From assembly GCF_046119375.1 (NCBI RefSeq), contig NW_027362762.1, forward strand, positions 303,738,001-303,802,000: DNA of 64,000 bases, in the 5' to 3' direction. A model generated the notes under the pieces. It had not been told where the DNA came from. It ran no database searches and saw only the letters and a list, made by a program, of their open reading frames with translations. The translations under genes and the position numbers were made by a program. The first letter of the stretch is position 1; each line of letters opens with the position of its first letter. Positions 62,615 through 64,000 of this stretch are shown here, in pieces. The stretch is from Phyllobates terribilis (Eukaryota).

Positions 62615-63021
62615 TGTTAGAACTCTCCTGTTAGTTTTTTTTTAGTTTGCTGGTCACATGACCATTTTTACCTATTTAATCCGGCTCCGCCCTCCTGGCC
62701 TTGCTGGACTTCATTGTATTTACTACTCTTGGGCTTGCCGTTCTCTGTTAGTTTTGCTAGGTCTTCTGACCTCTATGCTTTTTGTTGTGTGTTTGTCTTT
62801 GACTGCTACTATTTCTGCTAGGAGGTGTCCAACTTATCCCAGTCCCTAGTTCTTGTAGGGATCCCTCCCTCACATCTATAGGTCTTCGTACAGACTAGCC
62901 GAGGAGTTTAGCGGGTCTGATCGCAGGATCAGGTTCCCCGTTACATCGTAGGGATCTAGTTTAGTTCTATTGTAGGGACAAATCTCCTGTCTTTCCTTAG
63001 TCCCTGTAGCAGATCATAACA
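62615..63021 (+). repeat. 3' LTR of Gypsy C
   Basis: Direct repeat of 58061-58482. Confidence 0.95.
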
Positions 63022-64000
63022 GTTACGTCCCAAGTTCCGACTGGGTCCCGGCTACCACTATATTTACCCAGTGTGACGTCAGCGAGATGTACCGTCCTTG
63101 CCCACAAGCACTTGTCCACATGTCCATGGTTTGGTGGACTTTCCCAGTAACTGCGTTGTTGAGGGCATGGCTAATGTTGTGGGACACATGCTCGTGTAAT
63201 GCGGGGATGGCACACAGGGAGAAATAGTGGCGGCTGGGGACCGAGTACCGAGGGACGGCTGCCACCATGAGGTTGCAGATAGCTTCCATCTCCACGAGCC
63301 TAAAAGGAAACATTCAAGAAATATGTGAATTTATTAGTGTGGCCTATGGGGTGTTGGCTGCGTATTTGTGCTTGAGTTCCAGGGACTGGGTTAGGGACAA
63401 AAGAACACTTAGCTGGGACAAGGACGTGGACCTGCTTGCTGATGTTGAAAGTGTGCAATGACAGGTGCAGGGCAGGAGGCATCTTGACATGCACCATGGA
63501 CAGGGAATTGGCGTGCATGCACAGCAGTGGAAGAAGCAGTGGTGTCACCCGCAGACACTTTTGCTGGAACTTGGGGTTCAGCCAACTTAGTTGGGTGCTT
63601 TGCTGCCATGTGCCTGATCATGCTGGTGGTGGTCAGGCTGCTAGTTTTGATACCCCTGTTGATACTGTCCTGGCAGGTGGTGCAAATGGCCTTTTTGGGG
63701 TTTTCTGCAGAGTCTTGAAAAAATAACCAGACTCGGAAAGACCTAACTTCCGTCATGTTGGCATTATGAAGGAACACTTTCCCGCCTTGTTTCTGCGGCC
63801 ACCACACTGCTTCTTTCTGCCTGTTGTGGTGCTATACTTCCCTCCTCCTGTGTGCTGCTGTCCTTGCTCTGTATGTCCCCCTACCAGTTTGGGTCAGTTA
63901 CTATATCATCCACCACCTCGTCTTCCACTTCCTCACCCTGGTCCTCCTCCTGACTTTCTGGCAATTGTGTCTCATCATCATCATCCACCTCTTGCGACAG

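Larger units (their letters stand above)
58061..63021 (+). mobile_element. Gypsy element C: chromodomain-bearing LTR retrotransposon (chromovirus), nearly intact, 4.96 kb
   Basis: LTRs at 58061-58482 and 62615-63021 (TG...CA), nearly identical apart from an indel of about 15 bp. Perfect 5-bp TSD GTTAC. PPT AGAAGAGGGGGTAC. Confidence 0.96.
54642..64000 (-). mobile_element. hAT copy 4 (runs off the window), carrying a Tc1 remnant, a Harbinger MITE and Gypsy C
   Basis: TIR TAGTGATGAGTGAGCA at 54642. Transposase fragments at about 55800-56112, 57945-58055 and 63027-64000 are collinear with copy 2. Confidence 0.9.

Overview
This is AT-rich vertebrate DNA, and roughly 80-85% of it is nested transposable elements. 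The element repertoire suggests an anuran (frog) genome, but I cannot call the species from sequence alone. DNA transposons: five copies or remnants of large hAT elements (TAGTGATGAGCG ends, 8-bp TSDs), two Tc1 remnants, TTAA-specific piggyBac-like non-autonomous elements, and hAT and Harbinger MITEs. Retroelements: three full-length Ty3/Gypsy elements, a 2.25-kb solo LTR carrying minisatellites, and L2 LINE fragments. The three Gypsy elements are a Gmr1-like element with PR-INT-RT-RH order, a tRNA-Ser-primed element, and a nearly intact chromodomain-bearing element. Most boundaries were fixed by reading TIRs/LTRs and target-site duplications directly. Small islands of non-repetitive DNA hold at least two phase-compatible minus-strand exons of an unidentified host gene, so the window is probably mostly TE-inflated intron. 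I found no prokaryote-type system (CRISPR, operon) and no clearly new biological system. The best leads are structural: a hAT copy with an inverted core but perfect TSD, a four-level nest, a Tc1 inversion coupled to a hAT deletion, telomere-like and hairpin cargo in a piggyBac-like element, and enough hAT copies to attempt transposase reconstruction. Identity figures are by-eye estimates.
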